Of a stretch of 64,000 bases of DNA, positions 9,414-19,728 are shown one piece after another. Location: positions 140,622 through 204,621 of the IMG/VR virus record IMGVR_UViG_3300014720_000001, one strand, 5' to 3'. A model generated the notes under the pieces. That model saw only the letters and a list, made by a program, of their open reading frames with translations, searched no databases and had not been told where the DNA came from. Both the position numbers and the translations under genes were made by a program. Numbering within the stretch: the first letter of the stretch is position 1; every line of letters starts with the position of its first letter.

Positions 9414-10055
9414 TTAATCTCGCATGTCCAGCGGGTCTTTGCCGTTAAAACCACTCATCGCGCCGGCCCGATAAATGCCGCGCGGTAGAGACTGCAATTT
9501 ACTGGCGTCGATCTGCCGAACAACAGCCGGCGCGTTTAGTTGCGTTTCTGCGTACACAACACTCTTATTCGATATAACGCCAACGACATGCACCTCAAGG
9601 ATCTGCCCTGTTTTCGACGTTGGGTCTGGAACTGTGACTGCATGCAAAAACGAGTTAGCAAACCACTGTGCTTTTGGATTCGAGTATGCGATGCCGCCTA
9701 AGAACTCAAAGCATTCTTCCTGCCGCCGCTGATCAATGGCGTAAATCCGCTTATCCCAGTTTACGGGTCTCGACTTGCCGGGCGCGGGCATGACACCAAA
9801 GCCATAAAAGAACCGCTCATGCTCGCGCGTGAGGTCTACGGAAAACGGGCGCAGATCCCGCGACTCCGCCGGGAAGCGCGCGTCAAACTCGATTACTGGG
9901 TCGCGGTCAAAACCGCCGCGTGTAAATAACAGCGCCGGCGTAAACAGCACAAGCGGGTTGTCTCGCTGGTTAAACGCGTCGGCGCAAGAGATGGGCGCTA
10001 ATGAATCAGCGCCGGTTACTTCGTCAACTTGTACAAACGTGTCAGGACGGTCCAT
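9414..10055 (-). CDS. hypothetical protein
   Basis: 213 aa ORF. Confidence 0.75.
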   Translation of the reverse strand: MDRPDTFVQVDEVTGADSLAPISCADAFNQRDNPLVLFTPALLFTRGGFDRDPVIEFDARFPAESRDLRPFSVDLTREHERFFYGFGVMPAPGKSRPVNWDKRIYAIDQRRQEECFEFLGGIAYSNPKAQWFANSFLHAVTVPDPTSKTGQILEVHVVGVISNKSVVYAETQLNAPAVVRQIDASKLQSLPRGIYRAGAMSGFNGKDPLDMRD

Positions 10056-10064
10056 ACCGCAGCG

Positions 10065-10703
10065 TCATTTTTTAGCGTGGGTCAACCCGGCGTTGGTTGT
10101 TTGAATTAACAGCAGCAGCACAAACGCGGCGTCCACCACGTTGTCGATGCCGGTTGATTTGTATTTCGCTGAGTCAAACGCCGCGCCAAGAGATTTGTTA
10201 GCCGCCGAAATCATGTCTTCTTTGCTGGCCTTGCCGTTTCCGGTAGCAAATTTTTTGATCGTACTGATAGCAAAACCAGTAGATATCAGATCCGCTTCTT
10301 CAGCCCACGTCGCTACCGTCACTTTCATACCACCCAAAACTTCAGACGCCGTCGCGACTCTAGACAAAACAGCGGGGATCCCAAACTTCTTGTTTACAAA
10401 GAACTCGCGCGGCGGTGTGTATTTTACATCTTCGTAGCCGATAACGTCAGCCGCAACCGTGTTCAGAAAAGCCCGCAGCCGCACAAATCTAGACGCGCCA
10501 GATTCTAAGCCCTGTACAGACAAATCCCACTGAAACAGCTGCAGCTTTTCCTGCAGCATTTTTTTACCGGGGATGAAGTCGTAAACCGCGACCCCACAGT
10601 TACTGCCTAAGTCGAGCCCAAGGAACCGAATCGCGTCTGCCGGCTTTTTATCCAGCTTTGCCCCAAATTGCTTGGGGTCTTTGTACATCCTGTACTTGGG
10701 CAC
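10065..10703 (-). CDS. ruvC: RuvC-like Holliday junction resolvase
   Basis: FLGLDLG, GYEDV, IKKFATGNGKASKEDM, DNVVDA: RuvC acidic tetrad and the TG.G.A.K motif. Confidence 0.85.
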   Translation of the reverse strand: MPKYRMYKDPKQFGAKLDKKPADAIRFLGLDLGSNCGVAVYDFIPGKKMLQEKLQLFQWDLSVQGLESGASRFVRLRAFLNTVAADVIGYEDVKYTPPREFFVNKKFGIPAVLSRVATASEVLGGMKVTVATWAEEADLISTGFAISTIKKFATGNGKASKEDMISAANKSLGAAFDSAKYKSTGIDNVVDAAFVLLLLIQTTNAGLTHAKK

Positions 10704-10716
10704 GCAGCGCTCCTAA

Positions 10717-11391
10717 CTATTTCGGACCGGGGTAGTCAGTTTGCTTACCACACCAAGCAACTAAACGCCGCCACAACGACGGCTTAGTTTGTTTCGCCGC
10801 GGCGATGAGGGCGGCGGCTTCGCTGAGTTTTGCGTGAACGTCCTGTAACTCCTTATACACCACGTTGAGCCGAGTCTGCAATACGTCGTTTTGCATTTTC
10901 AAATGCTCGGCCATGAAGTTGGCGTTGTAAGTCGGCGTACCATTGCGCGCGGCAAACTCAACAACTGTAGCGGCAAAGCGAGCCATACCGCCGGCAGCAG
11001 GCGACTCTTCACCGATTACAGATACCTCGCGCACACCCTTGAACCACGCAGCGCAGAACACTTCGCCGATCGCTGCAAACAACGCAAGCCGAACAGGATA
11101 TCTAAAAGAAAAAAAGTCGCGACGGTTTAGCGCCTGCTCAAACGTTCGCACCGGATCTGCGCCGTTCACGAAGTCGCGCTGCGCTGCAGCCAACGCTTCC
11201 GCGATTTTGACGATCTCGTCCTGCGAAATGTTGTGCTCTTCGTACCATTTCGCGGCGTCGTCTGTGCGGGCTGCCGGGTCAAGGTTTTCAATCGCACGCA
11301 CCATCAGTGTTGGCGTGACATAGGCGTAATCCCGCTCGGGGTTGTACAGCGGGCCGCTATCGCCCTTTTGTCGATAACCAATGCTGCTCAT
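10717..11391 (-). CDS. hypothetical protein
   Basis: 224 aa, coiled-coil C-terminus. Confidence 0.75.
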   Translation of the reverse strand: MSSIGYRQKGDSGPLYNPERDYAYVTPTLMVRAIENLDPAARTDDAAKWYEEHNISQDEIVKIAEALAAAQRDFVNGADPVRTFEQALNRRDFFSFRYPVRLALFAAIGEVFCAAWFKGVREVSVIGEESPAAGGMARFAATVVEFAARNGTPTYNANFMAEHLKMQNDVLQTRLNVVYKELQDVHAKLSEAAALIAAAKQTKPSLWRRLVAWCGKQTDYPGPK

Positions 11392-11403
11392 AAACGTCCT
11401 TTC

Positions 11404-12255
11404 TCAATGAGCGGACTCTGCCGGCCGCGAGGCCGTATGTTTACAACGTACGCAAAGCACGCCGCCGTCTTGTGGGTCAAAAAATGCCTCTGTCTGACAA
11501 CCGTCGCAATGGCGTGTGACATAAGTGCGCGTATGGGTCGCAAAAGCGCACTGATCAGTGCCGAGCCAGCAGTGCACGCACGAATGTTCGTACGCGTCAG
11601 GGCACGGTCTGGCGCGAGTGCGAACTTCGATGAGCGCACGATTGTGCTGAAACATACTGCTGCTGACGCTGACCTTAGAAAACGCTGGCGTCTCGCGGCT
11701 CCGCTCCGCCTCTACATGCGCGAAAAATAGCAGATGCAAAAAGTGCATTGCCGTCGTATACGGGTACGCGCCCCACGGAGCAGAAAACCCCAACGACTGC
11801 GAAATAGCCCGACAACTATTCTGCGAAAAAAACTGATTAAACGTCATCGGACACGGGGAACCGCCGATTGCCCGACATTCCAGCATGTACCCCTGCATCG
11901 TCTTACGTTTATACGGACGAACGCTTTCAACACGGACCGGAACAAGCTCGTCTTCCAGCTGGCGCGTCCACGGTAAAACCGGCATGCCGGCTTTCAGTTT
12001 TTCGAGATTCCCGGCCAGCCGCCAAGCCAGCGCGTACGCGGCTTGTCGAGTCAACCGAGTACCGGCTAACGCGCGAATAGAGTCAAACAGCGCTGGCTGT
12101 GACACCGCCGCTGGTAACTCGGCTAACACGTCGCGACAAACGTCGCGCAACGTGTCGCCGGAAATAACAGCGTCGATATACGGCCGGAGCGATTGTTCTG
12201 CTAACCGGTCACGATATTTGCGAAGCCGCGCATAACTAAACGCTGGGCGTGTCAT
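11404..12255 (-). CDS. hypothetical protein with C-terminal Cys clusters (putative Zn-binding)
   Basis: Start MTRPAF; CP..YEHSCVHC...C, CDGC, CVRC. Confidence 0.7.
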   Translation of the reverse strand: MTRPAFSYARLRKYRDRLAEQSLRPYIDAVISGDTLRDVCRDVLAELPAAVSQPALFDSIRALAGTRLTRQAAYALAWRLAGNLEKLKAGMPVLPWTRQLEDELVPVRVESVRPYKRKTMQGYMLECRAIGGSPCPMTFNQFFSQNSCRAISQSLGFSAPWGAYPYTTAMHFLHLLFFAHVEAERSRETPAFSKVSVSSSMFQHNRALIEVRTRARPCPDAYEHSCVHCWLGTDQCAFATHTRTYVTRHCDGCQTEAFFDPQDGGVLCVRCKHTASRPAESAH

Positions 12256-12877
12256 TGACGCCTCGCAGCGTGATATCGGCCGGCGTAACAGGCGCGGCGG
12301 ATTCGGCCGGCGCTGTGGTGATCGCGCCAGACTCGCCGCCGCGCGCCACAATCTTGCGATCAGGATTGTTAGCCTCCCACTGCTGCCGCGCCTTGGTGCA
12401 GGTCGTCTCAGCAGAGGTTGCCGTCTCTTTTACCGCCAGCGCTTCCTGCTCCAGCGACAAAATGATCGTACCCAGCTCACTCGACAGCAGGTTTGCAATG
12501 TCGCCGACGCATACCACGTTTTTGATATGAGCGACCACCGGGTCTGCTTCTTTGCCGTCCTTCACGGGGCGAAACGTGATCGCGATGTCTTCGATCTTAA
12601 TGCTGGCAGGGACGGGCTCGCTCATCGACTTACCGTTGAGTTCCGCCCCTAGCTGGCGCAACGCATTGAAGCGCGTATACAGATCTTCCATGCGCGCTGC
12701 CGCTTCTTTGATCAATTCAGATGGGTTAACCCGAATTGTCTGCGGTTGCGAAGCAGCCATTTGCAGCGCCTTCGCGAGAGAGGACGCGTCCATTTTGATC
12801 GGCACGGTTACGTTCGTCGTGCCCAGCGTATTCGGGGTCTCTGACTTGACCGCGTCTACAATCGTCGTTTTTGTCAT
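12236..12877 (-). CDS. hypothetical protein
   Basis: Start MTKTTI with AAGGA RBS. Confidence 0.75.
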   Translation of the reverse strand: MTKTTIVDAVKSETPNTLGTTNVTVPIKMDASSLAKALQMAASQPQTIRVNPSELIKEAAARMEDLYTRFNALRQLGAELNGKSMSEPVPASIKIEDIAITFRPVKDGKEADPVVAHIKNVVCVGDIANLLSSELGTIILSLEQEALAVKETATSAETTCTKARQQWEANNPDRKIVARGGESGAITTAPAESAAPVTPADITLRGVNDTPSV

Positions 12878-12887
12878 TGCTTTGTCC

Positions 12888-13292
12888 TTAAAGAAGTTTG
12901 ACTGCGAAACCAAACCAATACCGTAAACCACTGTTCAATCCGGTGTCGGGATCATACAGCAGCTCTACGGGATTACCAGTCGCGATATAAAAATGGCGAA
13001 CGGGGCCGGGAAGATAACCCGCGCAGGCTAGACCGACCTGTAGCATAAACGCCATTGCCAAGTCAGCCCGCGGACTCAAATCGTACGAAAAAAGCGGAAT
13101 GCGTAAATACTCGTCGTGCTCGGAAAATGACCACGTGGGCTGCTCGCCGGGGTTGTACGCGGCATCCAAAATATGCCACCGCGAGCCCCCTACCGCCTCG
13201 ACGGGTTTGACTAGTGCCGGCGCGAACGGGACGCCTTCCGGCCAGTTGTCCCGCGTTTTTTTCATATCTAAACGGTCAACAGAAATTTTCAT
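12888..13292 (-). CDS. hypothetical protein
   Basis: 134 aa, ATGA coupling. Confidence 0.7.
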   Translation of the reverse strand: MKISVDRLDMKKTRDNWPEGVPFAPALVKPVEAVGGSRWHILDAAYNPGEQPTWSFSEHDEYLRIPLFSYDLSPRADLAMAFMLQVGLACAGYLPGPVRHFYIATGNPVELLYDPDTGLNSGLRYWFGFAVKLL

Positions 13293-13987
13293 GCTGTCAT
13301 CGTCCTCGGTTCAGCGGCTTCGACACCCGCTGAATTTACATTGATTTTGACGCCTTCCCGAAAATGACAAAACCGAATGTCCTGATGTTTGAAAGCGGCG
13401 CCGAGAATCCGGTCGCCATGTTTTTGCTTAAAGTCGGGCGGTGGAAAATCAAACCGCTGCAGTAATTCGGTTTTAATAGCCCACCAGCCGCCGATGACAT
13501 ACGGCAGGTACGTTTTTTCAAAAGCCGGGTTAAACCACGGCTGCTGCGTTAACCAGTCAAGCTGCTCGTCGGGAAGTTTGGCGCGCTCTACAGACCCCAC
13601 AAGATTGCAACCGTTCACGTTAGTCGTTACGCGGGCAAACCAGTTGTGTACGTCGTCCATCGGCTCTAGGTACGAGTCGTGATCGAACCACATCGTAATC
13701 GGCGCGCGGATAGGAGGCGCGTAAAACATCCGGCGCATCATCGGATATTTCATCAGGTTTTCGGCGCTGTGAAATACTGTTGCCGTATGAAAGTGGTCGG
13801 CAATCTGCTGCACAAGAAACCGGGTCGTGTCTGGCCCGACGGCATTACAGCCAAACCGAAACTCAACGTTTTGTTTGGCTAACTCGCGCATAGGTTCGTT
13901 AAGAACGCGCTGCGCCAGTTGAAAATGCTGGTCCTCTGCGCCGTAAAACAAAACGCAGATACAGACCGGTGCGGCTCCTTCCGCCAT
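13289..13987 (-). CDS. glycosyltransferase-like protein, GT-A fold
   Basis: ICVLFYG...EN..KYP...MWFDHDSYL (DxD)...GGWWAIKT...GDRILG. Confidence 0.6.
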   Translation of the reverse strand: MAEGAAPVCICVLFYGAEDQHFQLAQRVLNEPMRELAKQNVEFRFGCNAVGPDTTRFLVQQIADHFHTATVFHSAENLMKYPMMRRMFYAPPIRAPITMWFDHDSYLEPMDDVHNWFARVTTNVNGCNLVGSVERAKLPDEQLDWLTQQPWFNPAFEKTYLPYVIGGWWAIKTELLQRFDFPPPDFKQKHGDRILGAAFKHQDIRFCHFREGVKINVNSAGVEAAEPRTMTA

Positions 13988-14012
13988 ACACGACTCCGTT
14001 CTATTCCGGTAA

Positions 14013-14561
14013 CTACAGCTTCATCGGCGTCATTGCCGAACGAGCGACGGCTACCGGCATCACTACCGGCGGCACGCGAGAGCGACCAAGAAGCTTCAAC
14101 GCCCGCATTACGTCTTGCGGCGCAGGCGCGACATCCTTCTTGGCGTCTTTGACCATCTTATCGACCAGTTCAAGAAACGTCGTGCGATCTTTCACAGACG
14201 TAAAATTGAACCTGACGGAAAACTGCGTCACGGTTTTGCCGGCGTGTTCATCAGCAACGTCGCACCGCTCCCACGCCGACTTATCATCGCCGCGGGTGTA
14301 GACACAGGCAATCCGACCAAGAAAGTCATAGATAACAATAACCGCCGACTTCTCTACGTCCCCGAGCAACGAGAACACGTGTGGAAACTGGGTCGCCGGG
14401 ATAAACGGCAACTTGGAAACCACCGTCTCGTCGAGCGCAAGGCGCTGGAGCTGAAGCGGAAACGTGCGCTGACCGCGCGTCTCGTCTTTGATGAAGAACT
14501 CAGCCTCCAGCGCGCCTACACCGGGCTCAATCACAATCGGCACATTACGTACAGAAAACAT
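14013..14561 (-). CDS. hypothetical protein
   Basis: 182 aa with GGAGG RBS. Confidence 0.75.
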   Translation of the reverse strand: MFSVRNVPIVIEPGVGALEAEFFIKDETRGQRTFPLQLQRLALDETVVSKLPFIPATQFPHVFSLLGDVEKSAVIVIYDFLGRIACVYTRGDDKSAWERCDVADEHAGKTVTQFSVRFNFTSVKDRTTFLELVDKMVKDAKKDVAPAPQDVMRALKLLGRSRVPPVVMPVAVARSAMTPMKL

Positions 14562-14569
14562 AAAACCTC

Positions 14570-15457
14570 CTATCGCGTCATGTCGGAACGGCGACGCGGC
14601 GAGGCTTCCTGCTCTTCCGTATCGTCATCAATCTCTTCGCGCTTGGTCAGTTCTTCCCGAACCTTAGCACACATTGCACGGTGATCAGCCACGAGATCAG
14701 ACATTTTCTCGAAGTTCTCAAGGATCTCCGAAAAATAGCCCTGTAACGTAGCGTCAATCTTGGACGGCGGCGCATTTACGATATCGTCGTAAATGTTGTC
14801 GCGCTTCTCGTTGAGCCACAGAGACTCAGACCGAGAAATCCACCGCCGCTGATGCTGCAGCAGATCGTGCATCTGCTGCTTGAGGCCCTTGGGCGACTGG
14901 TGCGTCCGCCCGCTGCTCTTCTGCTTCCCGCGCATCTCCTGCAGCTCAGTGGCCAGCGATCGAGCTGTGAACGCCTCTTCGGCGCACTTCTCCTCGATGG
15001 CTGCCCGCTGCTTGTCATCCGGAATCTGCGTGAGCAGCTGAACATGAGACGTCGTGAGCCGCCATCGCGGACGATCCGGGCAGCGCATACTCAGCAGGCG
15101 AATCACCTCCGCCTCGCTGGGATACTTCTCGAAGAAGTTCACAGCGCCGCGCATCTGCTCGACCGTGTAGACAGGCGCAAAAATCGACATGAGCAGTGAC
15201 GCTCCGTCGATGTGCTGCGACTGCTGCTCGGCCGTCAGAAACCGCTCAGGGTCTCCCTTAACTTCACAGATCAACTTGCCGATCCGCCAGTAGGCGCGCA
15301 GACTAGCCTCCTGCGCGTCACTGAACAGCCCGTCGATCTCTGATACGACATCCTGAAGCTCAGGTGTCAGATTTTCTGCCGCTACTAAATACGGCGAATT
15401 GCGAGACTCGACCATATCAGCCTGAATCATCGCCGCCGCTTTAGACTTCCTACCCAT
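14570..15457 (-). CDS. DUF1016 (YhcG) N-terminal-like helical DNA-binding protein
   Basis: AYWRIGKLI and LTTSHVQLL..IPD..QR.....C.EEAFTARSL resemble YWEIG..I and LSWSH...L....R..Y...A....WS.R.L. Confidence 0.55.
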   Translation of the reverse strand: MGRKSKAAAMIQADMVESRNSPYLVAAENLTPELQDVVSEIDGLFSDAQEASLRAYWRIGKLICEVKGDPERFLTAEQQSQHIDGASLLMSIFAPVYTVEQMRGAVNFFEKYPSEAEVIRLLSMRCPDRPRWRLTTSHVQLLTQIPDDKQRAAIEEKCAEEAFTARSLATELQEMRGKQKSSGRTHQSPKGLKQQMHDLLQHQRRWISRSESLWLNEKRDNIYDDIVNAPPSKIDATLQGYFSEILENFEKMSDLVADHRAMCAKVREELTKREEIDDDTEEQEASPRRRSDMTR

Positions 15458-15483
15458 TGAATCTCTCCTTAAAAAGGAATCAA

Positions 15484-16638
15484 CTATTTACGCTTTCTGC
15501 TTTTCGGAGCAGGAAGCAGCAATTCAAGCGCTGTTGTTTGCAGTAAATCGCGAAGGGTATGGTAATGCCCACGCGAGCACCGCAACATAGCACAAAATAA
15601 GTCATAGGCGTTGCGCCGCTTCAATGACTCTTTTGTGTATACGTCCATGGCGTCACGCGGCTCAAGGTCCGCGCCCACCATGACCGTGTTTCGAATAATC
15701 TGTTTGGCGTCTTCCCGCGTAATTTTGAACTTCATCAAATACGCGGTCCACTTGTCAGTCGCGGCGTCCATCGTCGTTTTGTCTGGTGAAAACTCCATCG
15801 ACAGCCGCATGAGTGCCGCCACACGCTCCGCCACGACATTCATATCAATAACGCGTTCCGCTACGGTGCCCGCCAGTATGGCTGTCCGCCCTACTAAATC
15901 TGCGCCGGTGTGGTTTAACCGGCCGCCTTTGCCCGGCGATGACAATGCTGCGCCGAACTTTGTGTACAGGCACGTTGAGGCCCGGATCGCATTACCGGTG
16001 TCCTCGCGGTTCGAGAAATACCAGCCCGCCGCGAAAGTATGCCGCGGATCGGTATAGATATCAGTACGCCGCGATTTCGGGTCAATGAAGTACAGCCGAA
16101 GTTCCCGGCCCAGTAACTCCGCCCGAAAAAACTCGGCCTGCGGCTGCTTGTCGCGCAGCTCGTTGCTGACCGTCTCCAGAAAAACGCTGTTGTCCAGCAT
16201 GCGGTGGTCGAGGCCCAAAAAGCCCTCCACAGACTGCTCGCGGTGATTCACGAGCAACGTCCGCTCCCGCAGGGCGTCAAAGCGGACTCGCAGCGTGGTG
16301 TTGTAAATACTCACCGCTGCGGCGATATCAGTAGCCCGCGTGGTGGTCCGAATCTGCCGGACGTTCTCGCCCGACAGCTCGTTAAACAACTGCGCCAGCC
16401 CGACAGACAGCGCACCAGACAGCGCGCGAAAACCGATAGCATTAAACCGGTAGCCGTTTTCAGCAATCCGCCCGTCGGGTCCCATGATTAACTGGGACTC
16501 CTCGACAAGGGGCACAGATTCAGTGCTGGTCGAGCGGGCTTCCAGAAACGCCCGGCACTCCTCTAACTGGCTGGCCGAAAACGAGAACGCCGGCACGGGC
16601 GCAAAGACACTGCGCACAGTTGTTGTTGCCGACGCCAT
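15484..16638 (-). CDS. DUF932-like protein
   Basis: VEGFLGLDHRMLDN and AGWYFSNREDTG resemble DUF932 motifs. Confidence 0.5.
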   Translation of the reverse strand: MASATTTVRSVFAPVPAFSFSASQLEECRAFLEARSTSTESVPLVEESQLIMGPDGRIAENGYRFNAIGFRALSGALSVGLAQLFNELSGENVRQIRTTTRATDIAAAVSIYNTTLRVRFDALRERTLLVNHREQSVEGFLGLDHRMLDNSVFLETVSNELRDKQPQAEFFRAELLGRELRLYFIDPKSRRTDIYTDPRHTFAAGWYFSNREDTGNAIRASTCLYTKFGAALSSPGKGGRLNHTGADLVGRTAILAGTVAERVIDMNVVAERVAALMRLSMEFSPDKTTMDAATDKWTAYLMKFKITREDAKQIIRNTVMVGADLEPRDAMDVYTKESLKRRNAYDLFCAMLRCSRGHYHTLRDLLQTTALELLLPAPKSRKRK

Positions 16639-16656
16639 CCGGGCCTCCGTGCCGCA

Positions 16657-17220
16657 CTAATCGTAATACCAGTCTGCGCCGATCGCGTTAAAGAGCGTAG
16701 CGGTGTGCTCAACTGTAAACATATTCTTGACAGTTGGCGGAAAGCTGCAGATCCACTGAACACGGGGAATGCCGGTGTCGTCCGTTATGTGGTTGTGGGC
16801 GCACAGCATCGTACGAACCACAGGAAAACACATAATGAACCGGCGTTCTGTATTGATTTCCAGTCGGTGCAGGTTTTTGGCCACCGCGGCGAGTAATCTG
16901 TTTTTACCGTCTTTCGGGATTTTGAACAGATCCGCCATCGTCAATTCGTGAAGCCGGGGAATACGCCGGCCACACAGGACTCCGGGGAAGCGGTGAAACT
17001 CGGAGTTAAACCAGCTAAAGTTCAACTTGTTATGCCCGGTCATGTCCCGGCATTCGTTCGCCATCTTACCCCAGCTGGATATCTTAATCCCGCACTCCTT
17101 GAAGACGCGCTTGATAATGCGCTCCTCAAAAGCCAGTTGGCGCTGAAACCGGATGGCCTCAGCGCCATCACTGTCTTGATTGAACAGTTCGTTGAAAAAC
17201 TGGTCGCGTGGGTCGGCCAT
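16657..17220 (-). CDS. hypothetical protein
   Basis: 187 aa ORF. Confidence 0.75.
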   Translation of the reverse strand: MADPRDQFFNELFNQDSDGAEAIRFQRQLAFEERIIKRVFKECGIKISSWGKMANECRDMTGHNKLNFSWFNSEFHRFPGVLCGRRIPRLHELTMADLFKIPKDGKNRLLAAVAKNLHRLEINTERRFIMCFPVVRTMLCAHNHITDDTGIPRVQWICSFPPTVKNMFTVEHTATLFNAIGADWYYD

Positions 17221-17222
17221 GA

Positions 17223-17432
17223 TCAGGGCGCCGTATTGTTATCAAAGTAACTGGCGATAGACTCGCGCGGCGGGAGCGGCATCCACAGAAGCAACTCTGT
17301 CCGCGTTGCCAATTCGCCGCCGGTCACCATGAACTGGTCGTGCGTAATAGGATCAGCGGCGAGTACCTTTTCGTCGCGCCCCGGAAGCCTGTCGTTTACG
17401 TGCGTCCACCTTCCGAACTTTGGTTCTTTCAT
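17223..17432 (-). CDS. DUF551-like small phage protein
   Basis: W..V.DRLP....VL and WMPLPP motifs. Confidence 0.7.
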   Translation of the reverse strand: MKEPKFGRWTHVNDRLPGRDEKVLAADPITHDQFMVTGGELATRTELLLWMPLPPRESIASYFDNNTAP

Positions 17433-17691
17433 GAATCACCTTGTCTACGTTTTGTAGTAACTCTTCAGCGTCGATAATTTTTTCGCACGCCGACTGAAAC
17501 ACCGGATGAATAAACTCTTTCAACGCACGCCGCGTCGCTGCCGTGCCAACACATCCGTCATCCGAAGCGTCGTTTACAACGACATCCAATGCGTCGTTTA
17601 CAACGTCAGCCAACCAGCGCACTTCCTCTCGCGTAAACGAGATCGTGATGCTGGCTGGCTTGAGCATTTCTTTAATTGTTTTCTTGGCCAT
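17353..17691 (-). CDS. hypothetical protein
   Basis: Start MAKKTIK. Confidence 0.6.
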   Translation of the reverse strand: MAKKTIKEMLKPASITISFTREEVRWLADVVNDALDVVVNDASDDGCVGTAATRRALKEFIHPVFQSACEKIIDAEELLQNVDKVIHERTKVRKVDARKRQASGARRKGTRR

Positions 17692-17923
17692 CTGCTTCTT
17701 TCTTGTAAGCGCGCGGCGACACATGAAATTCGCCACACCATTCGCCTTGTGTCACGATCGGCCACCACGCCTCTTGCTGGCGTTCGTTCGCGATCTCGGC
17801 GACACGCGGACGCGGCGCGTAACGCCGGCACTCCCCCACCGTATCCAGTTCGGCCGAGGCAACAAAGTATATGCAATTTATGCAGTCTCGGCGTGGCGGC
17901 GTATGTTCAACTTTCAGAGTCAT
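17672..17923 (-). CDS. Cys-rich small phage protein
   Basis: CINCIYF...GECRRYAP...WPIV....WCGEF. Confidence 0.7.
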   Translation of the reverse strand: MTLKVEHTPPRRDCINCIYFVASAELDTVGECRRYAPRPRVAEIANERQQEAWWPIVTQGEWCGEFHVSPRAYKKEADGQENN

Positions 17924-18275
17924 CGTCTTCCTCGTCGTACTTGTCGGCGTTGTGCTGCTCGTCGTACTCGTCGACGGCTTCCATGAATTCATCAAACGTC
18001 AAATCTGGAGCGTTTTGACACTCCAAAAACTGATAGATGAATTTACTTTCGCCGGTCTCTTTGTCGACGCGTTCCATCAACCGGTAGTGCATCATGTCGC
18101 CGGTTTCGTGGTTGTACCCGCTGATAATCGTGTCAGCTTCGGGCAGCGGGACCGGCAACTTTGAACCGTCTACAGGGCCGCCAAAACATTCGGCGAGCGG
18201 GAACAAGCCTTTTTGCATGCCCATAAATTCATGTTCGATAACCCCGTCGTCTTCGTCTTCTTCTGCCTCGTCCAT
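17907..18275 (-). CDS. acidic hypothetical protein
   Basis: GGPVDG motif, D/E-rich termini. Confidence 0.7.
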   Translation of the reverse strand: MDEAEEDEDDGVIEHEFMGMQKGLFPLAECFGGPVDGSKLPVPLPEADTIISGYNHETGDMMHYRLMERVDKETGESKFIYQFLECQNAPDLTFDEFMEAVDEYDEQHNADKYDEEDDDSES

Positions 18276-19645
18276 TAGTCCACCTGTCCAAGAGGATCGA
18301 AATCCGCTCCAACAACTTCGCCAACTGTGCTAGACGCAGCCATTAGCTCGGGTACGTCGGTCATCTGGTTTTTCTTCAACTCTTCCATCACCTGCTCGCG
18401 GTACTTGCGCGCCGGATCGCAGACGGTGTAGTCGTTAACACCGAGTAAGCCGTGCAGCATGCCGAGGACCTTTGGGTTGTCTTCGAGCATGATGGACGCC
18501 TCGACTTCCGACACGGCTTCCTGCTTGGAAATACCGAGCGCCTTGGAGAAGACGAGCGGTGTTTCGGCGTTCTTGGTGCCGTGCTTGTACTCCAGATCGC
18601 AGACCTGCTTGAGCAAGCCCGGCAGCTTGGGGTCCATGCCCGGAACCGGCTTACCGTCGCCCGCCTGTAGCTCCATAAGGAGCCGGATGGACGCAGTGTG
18701 CCAGTCCCAGAAATGGAACTGCTGGTTCTTGTAGGTCTCGTTGCCGTTCTTATCGACGGCCGGTACGATCTCGTTGTACCAGAGCAGATTAACAACGATC
18801 TTGCGCCCGGGAGCGCCGAGATTGTTCTTAGTCGCTGCTATACGAATCGACGCACCCTCATAACGCGGCGGGATGTTCTTCTGCGACGCCTTCGACATGT
18901 CGAGGATCAACGTCGGATAGTAATCCAGACTGGCGCCGCCGGGAGCGTACTTCTTGGGCGGACCAAATCCCATGGAGTTAATTTCCTCCTTGAGATGGTT
19001 CGTCGCAACAAGCGCAATCGGGTAATGCCGCAGCGTAGGCACCAGCGCCGTCCGCATGAAGTCCGACAGATTGCGGGCGAGATACGGGTGACCGGCCGCG
19101 GCGTGACCCTCGTCGGCTACCTTCTCGACGCGCCTATCAACCTCGACAGCCGAGATAGAGTCGATGCCGATACAGATAGGAATAACCCTGTCCGGGGCGT
19201 TAGCGGCGTCAACTTGCTTGTGAATAGCCTGACAGAATTCCATGTAGTGCTTTTGCCATTCTTCCACGCTCGCTGCCGTCTTGATCCGGGTGCGCGAGAT
19301 GTACTGCTGGTTGTGACTGAACAAGCCCGACATCATCGTCGGCGAGCCCTTGTTTTCCGTGTCGATCATGATGGCGCCGCCGCCATACATGTGAAACCAG
19401 CGCATGATCTCGATGAGCAACGCGGACTTACCGGCGCTGAACTCGCCGCGAAGCTGCGTGAAGCGCGACAGCGGGAAAATGTTAGCCTGCAGCAGATAGC
19501 GGGCTGCAAGCGTGGGAAGCGGCAAGCCGATCAGCGGGTCTTGATCTTCCGCCGTCGCCTTGAGCACTTCCGTGATAACCGGATGCTCGCCGTTGCGGGC
19601 GAACACATCAACTTCGTCGTGATCTTCTTTGCGTTTCCTGCCCAT
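18275..19645 (-). CDS. recA: RecA/UvsX-like recombinase
   Basis: Walker A GEFSAGKS, IDTE, IGIDSI, ATNHLKE, APGGASLDYY, KNNLGAP. Confidence 0.9.
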   Translation of the reverse strand: MGRKRKEDHDEVDVFARNGEHPVITEVLKATAEDQDPLIGLPLPTLAARYLLQANIFPLSRFTQLRGEFSAGKSALLIEIMRWFHMYGGGAIMIDTENKGSPTMMSGLFSHNQQYISRTRIKTAASVEEWQKHYMEFCQAIHKQVDAANAPDRVIPICIGIDSISAVEVDRRVEKVADEGHAAAGHPYLARNLSDFMRTALVPTLRHYPIALVATNHLKEEINSMGFGPPKKYAPGGASLDYYPTLILDMSKASQKNIPPRYEGASIRIAATKNNLGAPGRKIVVNLLWYNEIVPAVDKNGNETYKNQQFHFWDWHTASIRLLMELQAGDGKPVPGMDPKLPGLLKQVCDLEYKHGTKNAETPLVFSKALGISKQEAVSEVEASIMLEDNPKVLGMLHGLLGVNDYTVCDPARKYREQVMEELKKNQMTDVPELMAASSTVGEVVGADFDPLGQVD

Positions 19646-19670
19646 AAATTCCCTTCTGATATGAAAGCCC

Positions 19671-19717
19671 CAGCTCCGGCGCACACGCACCCAGAGAACA
19701 ACGTGGCGCCGGAGCTG
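19671..19717 (-). other. intergenic 12-bp stem hairpin (processing or termination signal)
   Basis: CAGCTCCGGCGC / GCGCCGGAGCTG inverted repeat. Confidence 0.5.
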
Positions 19718-19728
19718 AAGCGAAAAGA

